This document shows positions 48,480-60,734 of a stretch of DNA of 64,000 bases, one piece after another. The DNA is from Squalus acanthias (lineage: Eukaryota). The stretch is from positions 139,068,001 to 139,132,000 of the forward strand of contig CM059431.1 of the NCBI GenBank assembly GCA_030390025.1. The letters run 5' to 3'. Position 1 is the stretch's first letter; every line of letters starts with the position of its first letter. The position numbers and the translations under genes are program-made. The notes beneath the pieces are model-generated. The model saw only the letters and a program-made list of their open reading frames with translations, was not told the origin of the DNA and did not search any database.

Positions 48480-50385
48480 TCCTTGTTCTGTCCCCCTCCT
48501 CCTCTGGCACATTCTCCTGCTTTGAGGATTTCACCTGTTCCCCTCACTTTTCACCTCTCATTTAAACTCCTTGTTCTGTACCAGCCATACAAGTATCACA
48601 CGAAGTTTCTCACCGAGATACCTTCACTGCTTTCCTCCCTCAGCCTCTGCACCAAGCGACTTCTCATGCTCGGTGATTTGAAGCTCCATCTCAACTCATC
48701 ATGCTCTTTCTTCTCTGAGTTCACAGCCCTCCTATCCTCCCTTAATCGCTCCCTCCATATAAACTCCCCTACCCATTTGATGGCCACCCCTTCACCTTGC
48801 CCTCTCACGTGCCCTCGCAACTCGCATCATGTTAATCACAGATTAGAACATTCCATATCACTTCCTTGTATCGCTCCCCACCACATCCTCCTTCCTCCTT
48901 TCAACCCCACTTCCATATATGTCAGACCCTGGGGTAAAAATCTCTCCCCCAAGTCACTTTCAACTGCACATTCAAGTTCGCACTGTAAAGCTTTTGTTTC
49001 ACCATTCAACGTGACATTTCTGCAGCTACCGATCTGCCCAATCCCACCCTCACCTAAAACTTTGATGCCTTTGTCATCATTAAAACCATTCCTCTCTCTC
49101 TCTTACCCTGGTCGATTCCCCTGATAAGCCCATCATATCCGCTACCTTGAGTCTAAGGGATGCAAACTTGAACGTTTATGGAGGACTGCTAGTTAGTCAT
49201 CCATCTTCAGGTCTGGCTGGACCACATAAAGTACTATCAGGTCCTGCTCTCCTCCGCCAAAACTGCTCACTTTTCAAGGATATCCTGGAATGCAAAGACA
49301 ACTCCCAGATTTTTTCTCCGGAAACTACAGGTTTCTCACCCATCTTCCCTGCCTCCCAAACCTTCACCTCCAACAAGAAGTGCGAGGAGCTCACGAACAT
49401 CGTTGTCACCAACAGTTATAAATTACTCGCAGCTGCCTCTGCCGCTTCCCTCACTTCCCGTAACCCACCGGGCCAAACTCTTTCTAAGTTTTCCCCCTGC
49501 CCCAGCCCTGAACTGACCTATTTCTCTGGCTTTACTCCTATCGCCCCTCATTCTCTCTGCGAGCTCTTCTTTTCCATGAGATCCACTTCCTGCTCCCTCG
49601 ACCCTATTCCCACTAAACTGCTGACCACCCAACCTCCCTTCCTGATCCCCATGTTAGCTAATATTTTTAACGGCTCCATCTCCTCAGGTAATGACCTCCC
49701 CTTAATATCTGCCGTTGTCACACCTCTCGTCAAAAAAACCCTTGCCTCCTCTGCTCTTGCAAACTACCTCCCCATCTTCAATCCCATTTCCCCTACAAAG
49801 TCCTTGAACATGCAGTCTCCTCCCAAAAACATGTCCATCTTTCCTGCTTTATCATAGCTCCAATCAGGTTTCCGCCTATCCCACTGTATCATCAAATTCA
49901 CAAATTACATCCTGCGTTACTGCGACCGTGGCAAACAATGTCTCCTCATCCTTTCCCACCTGTTTGCAGCCTTCGATACGGATGACCACAGCATCCTCCT
50001 CCAACGCCATCCTTTTTTCATCCATCTTGGTGGGAATTCACTCGCCTAGTTCCATTCTTATCTATCCAATCGTTGCCAGGTAATCTCCTGCAATGGCTTC
50101 TCTTCCCGCTGCCGCACCGTTACCTGTGGAGTCTCCTGAGAATCTATCCTTGGCCCCTCCAACTTCTCATCTACATCCTGCTCCTCGGTGACATCATCCA
50201 GCAACACAGCTTGAGATTCCACATGAGCTCTGCCTCACCACCACTTCTCTCGAAACCTCCACTGTCATTACATTGTCATACTGCATGTCCAACATGCAGT
50301 ACTGCATGAGCAGAAAGTTCCTCCAACTAACTAATGGGGTCCGAGGCCATTGTCTTCGCATCCCGCCACAAACTGTGTTCTCTGG
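48480..50385 (+). mobile_element. Degraded L2-type LINE ORF2
   Basis: LYQPYKY, LGDLKLH, SCSLDPIPTKLL and caatcaggtttccg (QSGFR) motifs. Confidence 0.8.
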
Positions 50386-51050
50386 GACCTAGGGAGAGAG
50401 TTCTTTCGGGGATTTATATTTAAATCCTCACATCAATAATAGAACCCAGGGAGAGAGTCCTATTGGGGATTTACATGCAAATCCTCTCAGCAATATTAAC
50501 ACCCAGGGAGACTGGCCTATTGGGATTTACATGTAAATCCTCTCACCAATATTATTACCCAGGGATACTGATCTATTGGGATTTACATGCAAATCCTCTC
50601 AGCAATATTAGTACTCAGGGAGAATGGCCGATTGGAATTTAAATTTAAATCCTCACATCCTCACATCAATATTAGGACGCAGTGAGAGAGTACTATTGTG
50701 ATTTACATTTACATCACCACACCAATAAAAGGACTCAGGGAGAGAGTCCGATAGGGGATTTGTTTTTAAATCCTTTCACCAATATTAGGACCCAGGGAGA
50801 GAGTCTATAGGGGATTTGTTTTTAAATCCTCTCACCAATATTAGGATAAAAGAAGAGATCCTGCTGGGGATATATATTTACATCCTTTCGCCGTTATTAT
50901 GACAGAGGGAAAGAATCCTTTTGAGATTTACATGTAAACATTCACCAATATTAGGACCCAGTGAGAGTTTCCTATTGGGATTTAAATTTAAATCCTCACA
51001 CCAATATTAGGACCCATGATGGGTCGCCTAATTTGGGATTTGCATTTGGC
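50385..51050. repeat. ~56-bp minisatellite whose monomers contain a palindrome
   Basis: cccagggagagagtcctattggGGATTTACATGTAAATCCtctcaccaatattagga, about 11-12 copies. Confidence 0.88.
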
Positions 51051-51559
51051 ATCTGTTGTTTTGCAGAGTATCCATCCTTTCTCTGGGTCTTGTTCACAAT
51101 AACACATTTAATGCCATAATGAATCAGCAATGACAGAGTTCATGAGAAACTGACTATAAAGATCTCAGGTTTTCCTTAACTAGTTGTAGAGAGAGAGAGT
51201 CTGGATTGGAAAGGAACAACAACATGGTTTCAGCTCTACCTGGGGAAAGAACACACGGTAATATAGTTTTTTTATCTGTACGTCTATGGCTCAAAGATAT
51301 TGTGTGTATGTGGACTTTGTCGAATACAAATAAACAGAATTAGTTGCTAACCATATTGTAGGGTCAGAATCAAATTGTTTACATTATTGGCAACAGTGGC
51401 AGAGCCTGACTAGCAACTTTCCTGATTGTGTGACACATAGTAGTCTGTTCTAATTCCATGCTTCCATCTAAACTGCTTATAATGCCGCCTATCTTTGTGT
51501 CATCGTCAAACGTGGATACGTGGCTTGGATATGTGGCTAATTACGAAGATGGCAGCCCA

Positions 51560-52370
51560 AAGATCTAAGTGGAAAATGGCGCTACGGATACATAATTGGC
51601 TCAGTGATAGGAAGCAAATGGTTGTGGTGGATGGATGTTTTATCAGACTGGTAGGTAGTTTGCCGTGCTGTTCTCCTATCGTCATTTCGGGTCAATTACA
51701 CTTTTCATTTTCTTATAAACAACCTAGGGTGCAGCCTTATAAATTTTGCAGATGATACGAGACTTGGAGAAGTAGTAGGTAGTGATGTGGTTAGTTATAG
51801 GCTTCAGGTTGGCATAGCACGGATTGTAAAATGGGAAGCAGCATGGCAGATGAAGTTCGATGCGGAGAAGTGTGAAATGATGCAATTTGGGAGGACTGAA
51901 ATGGAAAAACAGCACACTCTAAATGGCACGATTTTGAAAAGTGTAACTGAGCAGAGGAATCTTGGTGTCCATATACACAAATCCTTAAATGTGGCTGGGC
52001 AAGGTGACAAGTTGGCTAAAAAATCATATGGTTTACTTGTGTTTCTAAATAGAGGAATGGAATATAAAAGCAAAGAGATCATGCTAGAACTTTATAAATT
52101 ACTGGGAAATCCTCAGCTGGAGTATTGTGGACAATTCTGAGCACTACCCTTCAGGAAAGATGTAAAGGCCTAAAAACGGAACAGAGGAGGTTTACCAGTA
52201 TGTTACCAGGGATGAGAGACTTCAGTTATGAGGAGAGGTTGGAAAGGTTAGGACTGTTCTCCTTGGAACAGAGAAGTTAAGAGGTTACCTAATAGAGGTT
52301 TACAAGATGATATGAGCTTTGATAGAGCAGATAGAGCAAACTATTCCCTCTGGCGAAGTGGGTAAAGAGC
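51560..52370 (+). mobile_element. Degraded CR1 RT/3' fragment
   Basis: WLSDRKQ, WQMKFDAEKC and PQLEYCGQF motifs. Confidence 0.88.
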
Positions 52371-53382
52371 TAGAGATATTGCTTAGATTTACACGCCAGT
52401 GAATCTGAAGTCAAATTAACGCATCAAAGGCCAAATTTTGGCCCAGATACTAAACATCTCCCAATAGCTAGTTAGACTCTCACCTCGGCAAAATCATCGA
52501 TTGAAGTGATTCTCAGTAAAGCTCCTCACATTTCCAATCATTGTTGAAGTTTCCCGTTTCTGGCCTTCGACACTGGGGATTTGGCCGCAACAGATCTTCT
52601 CTATGAACCTAGCGAACTTTCTCCAGTCCCAGTTAGTGTAGTGATGATTCGACTTATCTCTCTCCACCTTCCTGGGATACTGCTTAATCAAATAAACGTT
52701 TAAGAAAAACGAGATTCAAATTAATTAGAAAATATGTTACAGGAAAACAATAGGACTATTTTTTGACTATAAATATATTTAATTTGAAAATATTTACAAT
52801 TTTTTGAAGTATTTACTTTACTGTTAAATAGTTCTTTCGTTTGCCCCTATAGGCGCTAAATTCACACACAGGAAAAATTCAGTTGGTTGCGCCTCCGTTA
52901 GCGCCTTAAGAGGGCGCTAATGGGGCGCAAAGCCGCTAGCGCTCGGGCGCAGCGATGTTTGCGCTGCTCGGGAACTTAACTAGACATTGTGCGGCGGCGC
53001 TAAACTTTACCGCCGCGACCACCTGCGCGCGCAGATTGTGACGTCATTCCATGGTGCAACGCCCTTGTGGCGCCCCGGAGCGGAAATTGAGTGGCGCCCC
53101 CTGCCTTACCGCCTGGCGCATCCAACGACCGGAAGACTGGAACGCTATCAATCGCTGTGGGGCTGGGGGGGGGGGGGCGCTATTTAAAGGGGGCCTCTTC
53201 CTGTCTTTTTCTGTGGTTGACATTTTTGCACCACTTGTTCTGAGAGAGAGAGAGAGATTCGGAGAGAGAGAAAGAGAGACTTCTGCATTGTGTCAACGCT
53301 TTGTGAGGTAGTTTTGCCTACTGATCCTAACTTCGCTGGTACTTTGGTTGCTGTCCTTCATAACTTTGCTTGCAAAGAGACT

Positions 53383-54544
53383 ATGGGGGCTGCACTGAAT
53401 GGGGGCGTCGTCCTGCTCCAGCTGAATCGGAGGACACAGAGACGCAGAGAGAGAGTGGCAATGATGGCCAGATGGAGGAAGGCCAACAGGCGTCTGTACA
53501 GGAGAGCTTACCCTCCCAGGGTATACCGTGAACAGCTCTCCGACATTCATATGTCTGAGGAGCTGTGTTTGCGAAGGCTGCGATTCAGCAAGGAGGTGGT
53601 CACTGAGCTCTGCCACCTGCTGCAGCCAGATCTGCAGCCTCAACTGAGGTCCAGGACGTCTCTGTCGGTGGCAATGAAGGTCACAGTGGCTCTCAACTTC
53701 TATGCTACTGGCTCATTTCAAGCTGCTGCTGGGGACTTCGCCAATATCTCCCAGTTCGCGGTGCATTGATGCATCCGGCAGGTCACAAATTCCTTCTTTA
53801 AAAGGAGACGAGAGTTCATCTCTTTCCCCATGACCCTAGACACATCAGCGTGACCGCGCTCTGGGCTTGGCGAGGATAGCGGGCTTCCCCATGGTGCAGG
53901 GCGCCATTGACTGCATGTATGTGGCTTTGCGTGCTCCACATGAGAATGCCGAGGATTTCCGGAACAGAAAGAGGTTCCATTCCTTCAATGTTCAGTTGGT
54001 CTGTGACCACAGACCGCTGATACTCGCTGTCAATGCCCACTATCCTGGCAGCTGCCACGATGCTTTCATCCTGCGCCAGACTACTGTGGCAGAACTTTTC
54101 GAGGCACCGCATCAGCCAGTTGGTTGGCTTCTCGGGGACAAGGGGTATCCATTGAGCACCTGGCTGATGACACCGCTCCGTACGCCCAACACCCCTGCTG
54201 AGCTGCGGTACAATGAGAGCCATCAAGCTACCAGGAACATCATTGAGCGCACAATCGGCGTGCTGAAGCAACGGTTCCGCTGTCTCGACCATTCTGGAGG
54301 AGCCCTGCCGTACTCGCCTGAGCGAGTATCCAACTTCGTAGTTGTGTGCTGCATGTTGCATAACATGGCAATCGTCAGGACACAGCCAATGCCACCAGGC
54401 CTTGGAGCATCACCAGAGAAGGAGGAGGAAGAGGAGGAAGAGGACGAGGAGGATGATCATCAGCAGCACCAAGGCGGGAGGGTGGCCCACAATGGTGAAA
54501 CTGCAAGGGCCGTCCGTCAACGGCTGATAGCAAGCCGCTTCTAG
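53383..54544 (+). pseudogene. Harbinger (HARBI1-type) DDE transposase, disrupted
   Basis: RRLRFSK, ALNFYATGSFQ, GAIDC, GSCHDAFI, LLGDKGY, IERTIGVLKQRFRCL and CCMLHN motifs plus an acidic tail. Lesions: TGA at 53767-53769 and a +1 frameshift at about 53840. Confidence 0.93.
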
Positions 54545-56513
54545 GGCCCCTGCTGTGGAAATGGCTTCTGCCATTGCGAATAACATCAATGAACCCAGCA
54601 CGCAACCCCTAAGCCGGCCAAGGCACCAATGATTCCAAACACCAAACATGTATATTTTGAATACAAAAACTTATTTATTTTACAAACTCTGTGTGTGTCA
54701 TTTCCTCATGACAAACTCATAGAAATAAACACAAAAAAACAGTCATTAACATAACTGGTTCTCACAACCTGGAGATAATGTCCAAAACACTAGACAAAAG
54801 TTGGACCACGAACCTCGGCCTTTAATAAAAAAATGACCAGCATTTTGTCACACCTCCTACTTTTTGCCCTTCGAGGGTGATCTCCTTCCCTTGCGCACTT
54901 CCCCCCTTCTAACCCTACTGCTCCTCCGTAATGGGACCTCAGTGGCTGCAGCAAGGCTGGTGGAAGGCTGCTGATTGTCAGACCCTGACACTGCAGATGC
55001 CCCTGAAGGACGGCCTCGACCAGTTCTGGGCCTGGAGGGCCCGGCTGCAGACTGCACCAACTCTGCATGGGCGGCAGCAGTCAGTCCTACAGGCGGTGGC
55101 AAGTGCAGTGGAGAAGTGACAGTGTTGGCAGCAGGAATGCTGTCATCGTGAGAGAGGACAGCAACTCCCTGCTCGCCCGACACACTGGCACTCCCACGGG
55201 GCAGCACTTCAGCATCCGGAGCAATCTGCTGGAGCACAGATTGCTGGCCTGCTGCGGCACGGTGAGAGCCCCGGGGACATGTGAACGAACCATCGAGGTT
55301 GGCAGCTGTCAGTGCTCGCGTGGCCTCAATCTGAGTCTGCATGAGAGCAGTCAGAGATGGGATCACGGCAGTCAGTGACTGAATTGCAGCACTAAGCTTT
55401 AGTGTGGCATCCGCCTGTGCTACAGCGAAGTGCTCCACACTCCTTGCCAGTGACTCAATGCATTCGGGCACCCTTCCCACTGCACCCATGAGCTCAGTGT
55501 GCATGCCCACCGCCTGTGTGTTCATTTCTGCGATCAGCCGCTCCTCCTCTGCGTCCATTGCAGTAGGAGTCGCTGGCATACTCTCCCTCTGGGGAGAAGG
55601 CCCCCGTTCTTCCCTACCCCCATGGCGTTGCTGCAGCCCGCTGGGTCCTGGAGCTTCACCCTCATCAGACCCTTCCCCCCTGCTCCCCTCCAGGGAAGGC
55701 GTGTTCCCAGTGTGGGCATGGGCTTCCTCGGGAGAGGGTGGCACTGATGCTCCGGCTTCCTCTTCCTCCTCGGCTGCAGCTTCACTCCCACTGGCAGCTT
55801 CAGGGCCCGTCTCCTCAGCTGGTGAATCACCATCTGAAAGCAGGGAGGTACAAGAGTGGCTTTAGCGTGAGGACAGGGTGGCAGTAAGGGAGGAATAAGT
55901 GCAGCGAGTTAGCAAGTTGGATTGAAAGTGTCAAAGGCTGGTGTTGTGAGGGACAAGTGGAAGGACAGAGGACAAAAAGGTGATGACCTTACCATTGCTG
56001 TCCAGAACGGGGTCGGCGTCTCCAGTGGCGACGGGACCGATCACTCAGCTTGCCACAATCCTGTGGACGCGCTCCTCAAGATCGCTGAGGGGTGCAGCTG
56101 AGGCCGCCCTCCACCTGTCCGTTGCTGCTGTCTCCTATTATGCGCCAGCTTGGCCTGCAAGAAAAAGGACAGCATCTGAGTAAATATACAGCCATGGTCT
56201 TGCCTGATGTGCCTCCCATAGGTGAATAGCCCTTACTGTATGCAGCCATGGTCTTGCCTGATGTGCCTCCCATAGGTTAATAGCGCTTACTGTATGCAAA
56301 GTGTGGAATGTGTGTGTGTGTTTCATGAAAGGGCCATAGGTGTTGGATGAGTGTTGTGCATTGGGGTTTTAAGACCCTCTGGCCATAGAGTGAGGTTGAG
56401 ATGGAGGGATGGAGAGGTATTGAGAAAAAGCCAGTCACCCTGACGACCTGAGTGAGGTCGTTGAACTTTTTGCGGCATTGAACATGGGTCCTGGGCACCA
56501 TGCTCCTGGAGGA

Positions 56514-56606
56514 AATAACAACAGAAAACGCTGGAAAAACTCAGCAGGCCAGGCAGCATCCGTGGAGAGAGAAAGAGAGTTAACGTTTCAGGTCGAAGAC
56601 CTTTCA
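56514..56606 (-). mobile_element. 5'-truncated hammerhead-element fragment inserted in the Myb exon, 10-bp TSD
   Basis: TCCTGGAGGA flanks it at 56504-56513 and 56607-56616. The sequence matches the arms at 518-737 and 32993-33092. Confidence 0.85.
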
Positions 56607-56694
56607 TCCTGGAGGAGATGCTCTGAGCCACCTCCCTCCACACTCTTCTGTACTCGCGTGACAAAGGCCTCCTGCCACTCTCAGGGAAGAGTAT

Positions 56695-57590
56695 GGGGTA
56701 GAAATTAGGTCGCGCCCCATTTGGGGCGCAAATATCGTCCGGACGCAAATATTAGCGCCTGGCGCTAATTATCGGCACTGACGGGAAACTTCACTTTTAC
56801 CGCCCCGGGAGGTGAGTGGAGCGCTAAAGCAGGCGCTGCACACCTCTCTTAAGGCGCAAAGGCCGAGCAGTGAGGCGCTAACTCGGAGCGCTGGCGAAGC
56901 TCATGTAATGTCAGTCAGCAATGGAACACACACACAATGGCACGGGCCAGTTCTTAAAGGGGATGGTTAATCTTGCTTTCCATCCACATCCTGTTCATTG
57001 CTGCCTTGAATCTCGGCCTGGAGAGACTTGCACATCAAATGTGCTCGAAAGAACAATGGAGAGCACCAGGCAAAGAGCTCAGAGTGCAGCTCCCACGGTC
57101 TCTGCTAAATCGATACAAGGAATGGCAAATCAAAATGAACCTGCAAAGTGCTGCTCAGTACCCAAAACTCCTTCACACAACGTTGAATCTCTCCAGAAGT
57201 CTTTCCCTCTCTCTCTCAGAATGCGTAGTTCAAAAATGCCACCAACAATAAAAGACAGGAAGAGGCCCCCTTTAAATAGCGCCCCCCCCCCCAGCCCCAC
57301 AGCGATTGATAGCGTTCCAGTCTTCTGGTCGTTGGAAGCGCCAGGCGGTAAGGCAGGGGGCGCCACTCAATTTCCGCTACGCGGCGCCCCAAGGGCGTTG
57401 CACCATGGAATGACGTCACAATCTGCGCGCGCAGGTGGTCGCAGCGGTAAGTTTTAGCGCCGCCGCACAATCTCAAGTTAAGTTCTCGAGCGGCGCAAAC
57501 ATCGCTGCGCCCGGGCGTTAGCAGCTTTGCGCCCCATTAGCGCCCTCTTAAGGCGCTAACGGGTGGCGCAACCAAGTGAATTTTTACCCC
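56695..57590 (-). mobile_element. Non-autonomous Harbinger deletion derivative (896 bp) nested in reverse orientation
   Basis: TIRs GGGGTAGAAATT / AATTTTTACCCC, TAT TSD at 56692-56694 and 57591-57593. Its halves are inverted homologues of the host element's right and left ends. Confidence 0.9.
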
Positions 57591-58039
57591 TATAGATCTT
57601 CTGCGCTCCACCGCGCCAACCTGAGCATCGAAGGCCCGCTCGGTGAAGCGCTGAGCTCGTTCTCTCACCCTCTCCATCCTTGGCAGCAAAATGGATTCAC
57701 AGGTCTCTCCAGGCCGAGATTCAAGGCTGCAATGAGCAGGGTGTGGCTGGGGAGCAAGTTGCCCCCCCCCCCCTTTAAGAACTGGCCGGCGCCAGTGTGT
57801 CTGTGTTCCCTCGCTAACTGGCAGCACCTGCGCTGCGCTCGCGTGCTGAGTTAGCGCCTCACTGCTCGGCCTTTGCGCCTTAAGACAGGTGTGCAGCGCC
57901 GGATTTAGCGCTCCACTCACCTCCAGGGGCGTTAAAAGTGAAGTTTCCAGTCAGTGGCGATAATTAGCTCCAGGCGCTAATATTTGCGTCCAGACGATAT
58001 TTGCGCCCCAAACGGGGCGCAACCTAATTTCTCCTCCTT

Positions 58040-58665
58040 AGAGTTATGCAGCACAGAAAGACGCCCTTCGGCCCATCGTGTCGGCACCGGCCATCAAGCC
58101 CTGTCAATTCTAATCCAATTTTCCAGCACTTGGTCCATAGCCTTGTATGCTATGGAGTTTCAAGTGTTCATCTAAATGCTTCTTGAATGTTGTGAGGGTT
58201 CTTGCCTCTACCACCCTTTCAGGCAGTGAGTTCCAGATTCCAACCACCCTCTGTGTGAAAATGTTTTTCCTCAAATCCCCTCTATACCTCCTGCCCCTCA
58301 TTTGTAACTGTGCACCTTGGTTATTGCCCCCTCTACTAATTCCTTTCTATCTACACTATCTGTGCCTCTCATAATTTTGTACACCTCAATCAGGTCCCCC
58401 CTCAGCCTTTTCTGCTCAAAGGAAAACAACTCCAGCCTGTCCAGTCTATCTTCATAGCTGAAGCGCTCCAGCCCAGGTAACATCCTGGTGAATCTCCTCT
58501 GCACCCTCTCCAATGCAATCACTTCCCTCCTGTAGTGTGACGACGAGAACTGCGCACAGTATTCCAGCAGTGGCCTAACTAGCGTTTCGTACAGCTCCAT
58601 CATAACCTCCCTGCTCTTATATTCTATGCCTCGGCTAATGAAGGCAAGTATCCCATATGCCTTTC
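58040..58665 (-). mobile_element. CR1 3' end fragment
   Basis: LVRPLLEYCAQF, LERVQRRFTRM and FTQRVVGIWNSLP motifs. Confidence 0.92.
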
Positions 58666-59239
58666 TTCTGCCCACTCTAGCTCCGCCACAGTGACATCCC
58701 AGGGGCGGAAACCTATCTTCAGATGACATCAAAATGGAGCCAGGAGCCAATCACACAGCAGCCAGGAACAATGTCACAAATCAGCCAGAGATCCGCCCAG
58801 TCGAGATGTCACAGTGTCACATGATCAGGCTCTGCTTCTGGTGCGCAGTCTCACTGGGCATGAACGCAGGTTGTACAATTAGTCCTGTCTCCGAACCCGC
58901 CCCCATCTACTGAGATTCGAGGCAGGGAGTACAGACTCCCAAAATTACCCCTTATGCATTCTCCATCCCATAATCCAAATGCAAGATCCCACTATTTAAT
59001 AGACCCCCTGTCCATCATTTGCTTTGTAAATTCGAAAGTTCCCCTTCTCTCTATATCAGGCAGATTGACTCCGTACTGCTTTGGCAGTGACAGGCTGTTT
59101 GAGATAATAGTGCTGAGATGAGGCAGGGATATTACAGCCACCATCTCTGCTCTAAAAATAGTCTACTCGCTTCAACAATTGAAGGGATAAGTGAGGCATT
59201 CACCAGTGGTATCAGGTGGAAGAATCATCGGGTTAGGAA

Positions 59240-59800
59240 CAGCATGGGTAAGACAGAGTGTAAAGTTCACTCAACACTGTACTATCCCAGGGCAGGTACG
59301 GCATGGGTTATTTACAGAGTAAAGCTCTATCTATAATGTGCAATCAAACCCTCCAAGGGCAGATACAACAAGGGTTTGTTCCAGAGTAAATTTCCATCTG
59401 CACTCTCCCCTCAAACACTCCCATGGCAGGTACAGGTCAGGTTAGCTACAGCGTAATGTTCCCTCTACACTTTCCAATCAAATACTCCCAGGGCAGGTAA
59501 AGAAAGGGTTAGATGCAGAGTAAAGCTCCCTCTACACTGGACATTCAAACACTCCCAGGGCAGGTACAGGACAGGTTAGCAACAGCGTAATGCTCCCTCT
59601 ACACCTTCCCATCAAATACTCCCAGGGCAGGTAAAGAAAGGGTGAGATACAGAGTAAAGCTCCCTCTACACTGATCTTTCAAACACTCCCAAGGCAGGTA
59701 CAGCATGGATTAGCTACAGATTAAAGCTTCCTTTCCACTGTCCCGCAAAACACAATCAAGGCAGTTGCGGCAGGGGTTAAATATAGTGTAAATCTCGCTG
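59240..59800. repeat. 67-bp tandem repeat (partly a 134-bp dimer)
   Basis: actcccagggcagg...gggttagatacagagtaaagctccctctacact at 59484, 59551 and 59618. Confidence 0.88.
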
Positions 59801-60139
59801 AATTTTGGTTGATCAAGCAGAGTCAACTCAGCATGTGCTCAATGCAGCGTACAGCTCCTCTGACACTATCCAATGAACCTCACCAACTCAGATTCAGCAT
59901 GGTATGGTTACATGATACAATTCCGGGTGGACTGCATAGATTCGAGTTCTCTCTCTCCACATTCATGAGATCCTGCTGACTCCAATAATCTATCAATATA
60001 AAATGATTCATAATAATTTCAGAAACAGTATTCGGAATACAATGGGACTATTTTTGTGATTATTTTATATTTAATAGGATTATATTTCTAATTAATTTGG
60101 TTGAATTACTTACTTTAATATTAAATTGCACTTTTCTAT

Positions 60140-60425
60140 CCTTGCCCCTATTTATAGGGACTATACTCATTCACAATATCTGCTGCGAAATCCAGCTCCG
60201 CCCACAGTAACATACCACTGATGGGGCTTAACCAGTGGGGGGACCTGTCTCCAGGTGACATCACAAAGGAGCCAATAGCTAATCACACCGCAGTCAGTAA
60301 CAATGTCTCAAAGCAGCAGGAGCTCCGCCCAGTGGAGGTGTCACAAGGACACATAACCTTGCTCTGCTCCTGGTGTGCAGTCTCACTGGGGATGAACACA
60401 TGTTCTACATTTAATCCTGCGTCCT
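60140..60425 (-). promoter_or_regulatory. Candidate Pol II promoter (TATA box plus GC, CCAAT and CRE-like boxes)
   Basis: TATAAATA on the minus strand at about 60149-60156, with ccgccc boxes, agccaat and tgacatca upstream. A paralogous copy lies at 58665-58895. Confidence 0.45.
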
Positions 60426-60734
60426 GAGATAATGTCAAAGAATATTTTTCTCTGAGAAATACCCGACCTATTAAGCTTAACAGAAGCTGCACCATATTCC
60501 CGGTGACAGAAGCAATTAACATTTTAAACCACACTCCCATGTGTAAAATAAGATGTGGGTAAGAGTTCATCACAGAAATAATATTGAAATAGCGAGTCTT
60601 GGTTAGTCAGCATTTCTTTCATTCTGCATAAGAAAGTCATCAGTTCATTAATGGTGACTTAAACAATTATTTTCTCACGTTACATGCATGCAAGTAATTT
60701 AATTAAGTGATGTGTTTTCACTTCTTACTAATAA

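Larger units (their letters stand above)
54857..57677 (-). pseudogene. Harbinger Myb/SANT-like DNA-binding partner gene, 3 exons (57677-56439 interrupted twice; 56154-55993; 55833-54857)
   Basis: With both insertions removed, exon 1 reads MERVRERAQRFTERAFDAQVGAVERRRSILFPESGRRPLSREYRRVWREVAQSISSRSMVPRTHVQCRKKFNDLTQVVR|gt. Exon 2 begins AKLAHNRRQQQRTGGG and has a 1-nt frameshift at about 56090 and TGA at 56045-56047. All junctions are GT/AG. Confidence 0.85.
52870..58037 (+). mobile_element. PIF/Harbinger DNA transposon (two-gene, inactivated, with nested insertions)
   Basis: GC-rich subterminal regions, right TIR aatttctcctcc followed by TTA, degenerate left TIR (ggaaaaattc), and convergent transposase and Myb/SANT genes. 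Confidence 0.88.

Noticed and set aside
53383..54544. Domesticated host HARBI1 gene
   Set aside because: It has a stop and a frameshift and lies within TIR-bounded DNA with its Myb partner, so it is a transposon copy.
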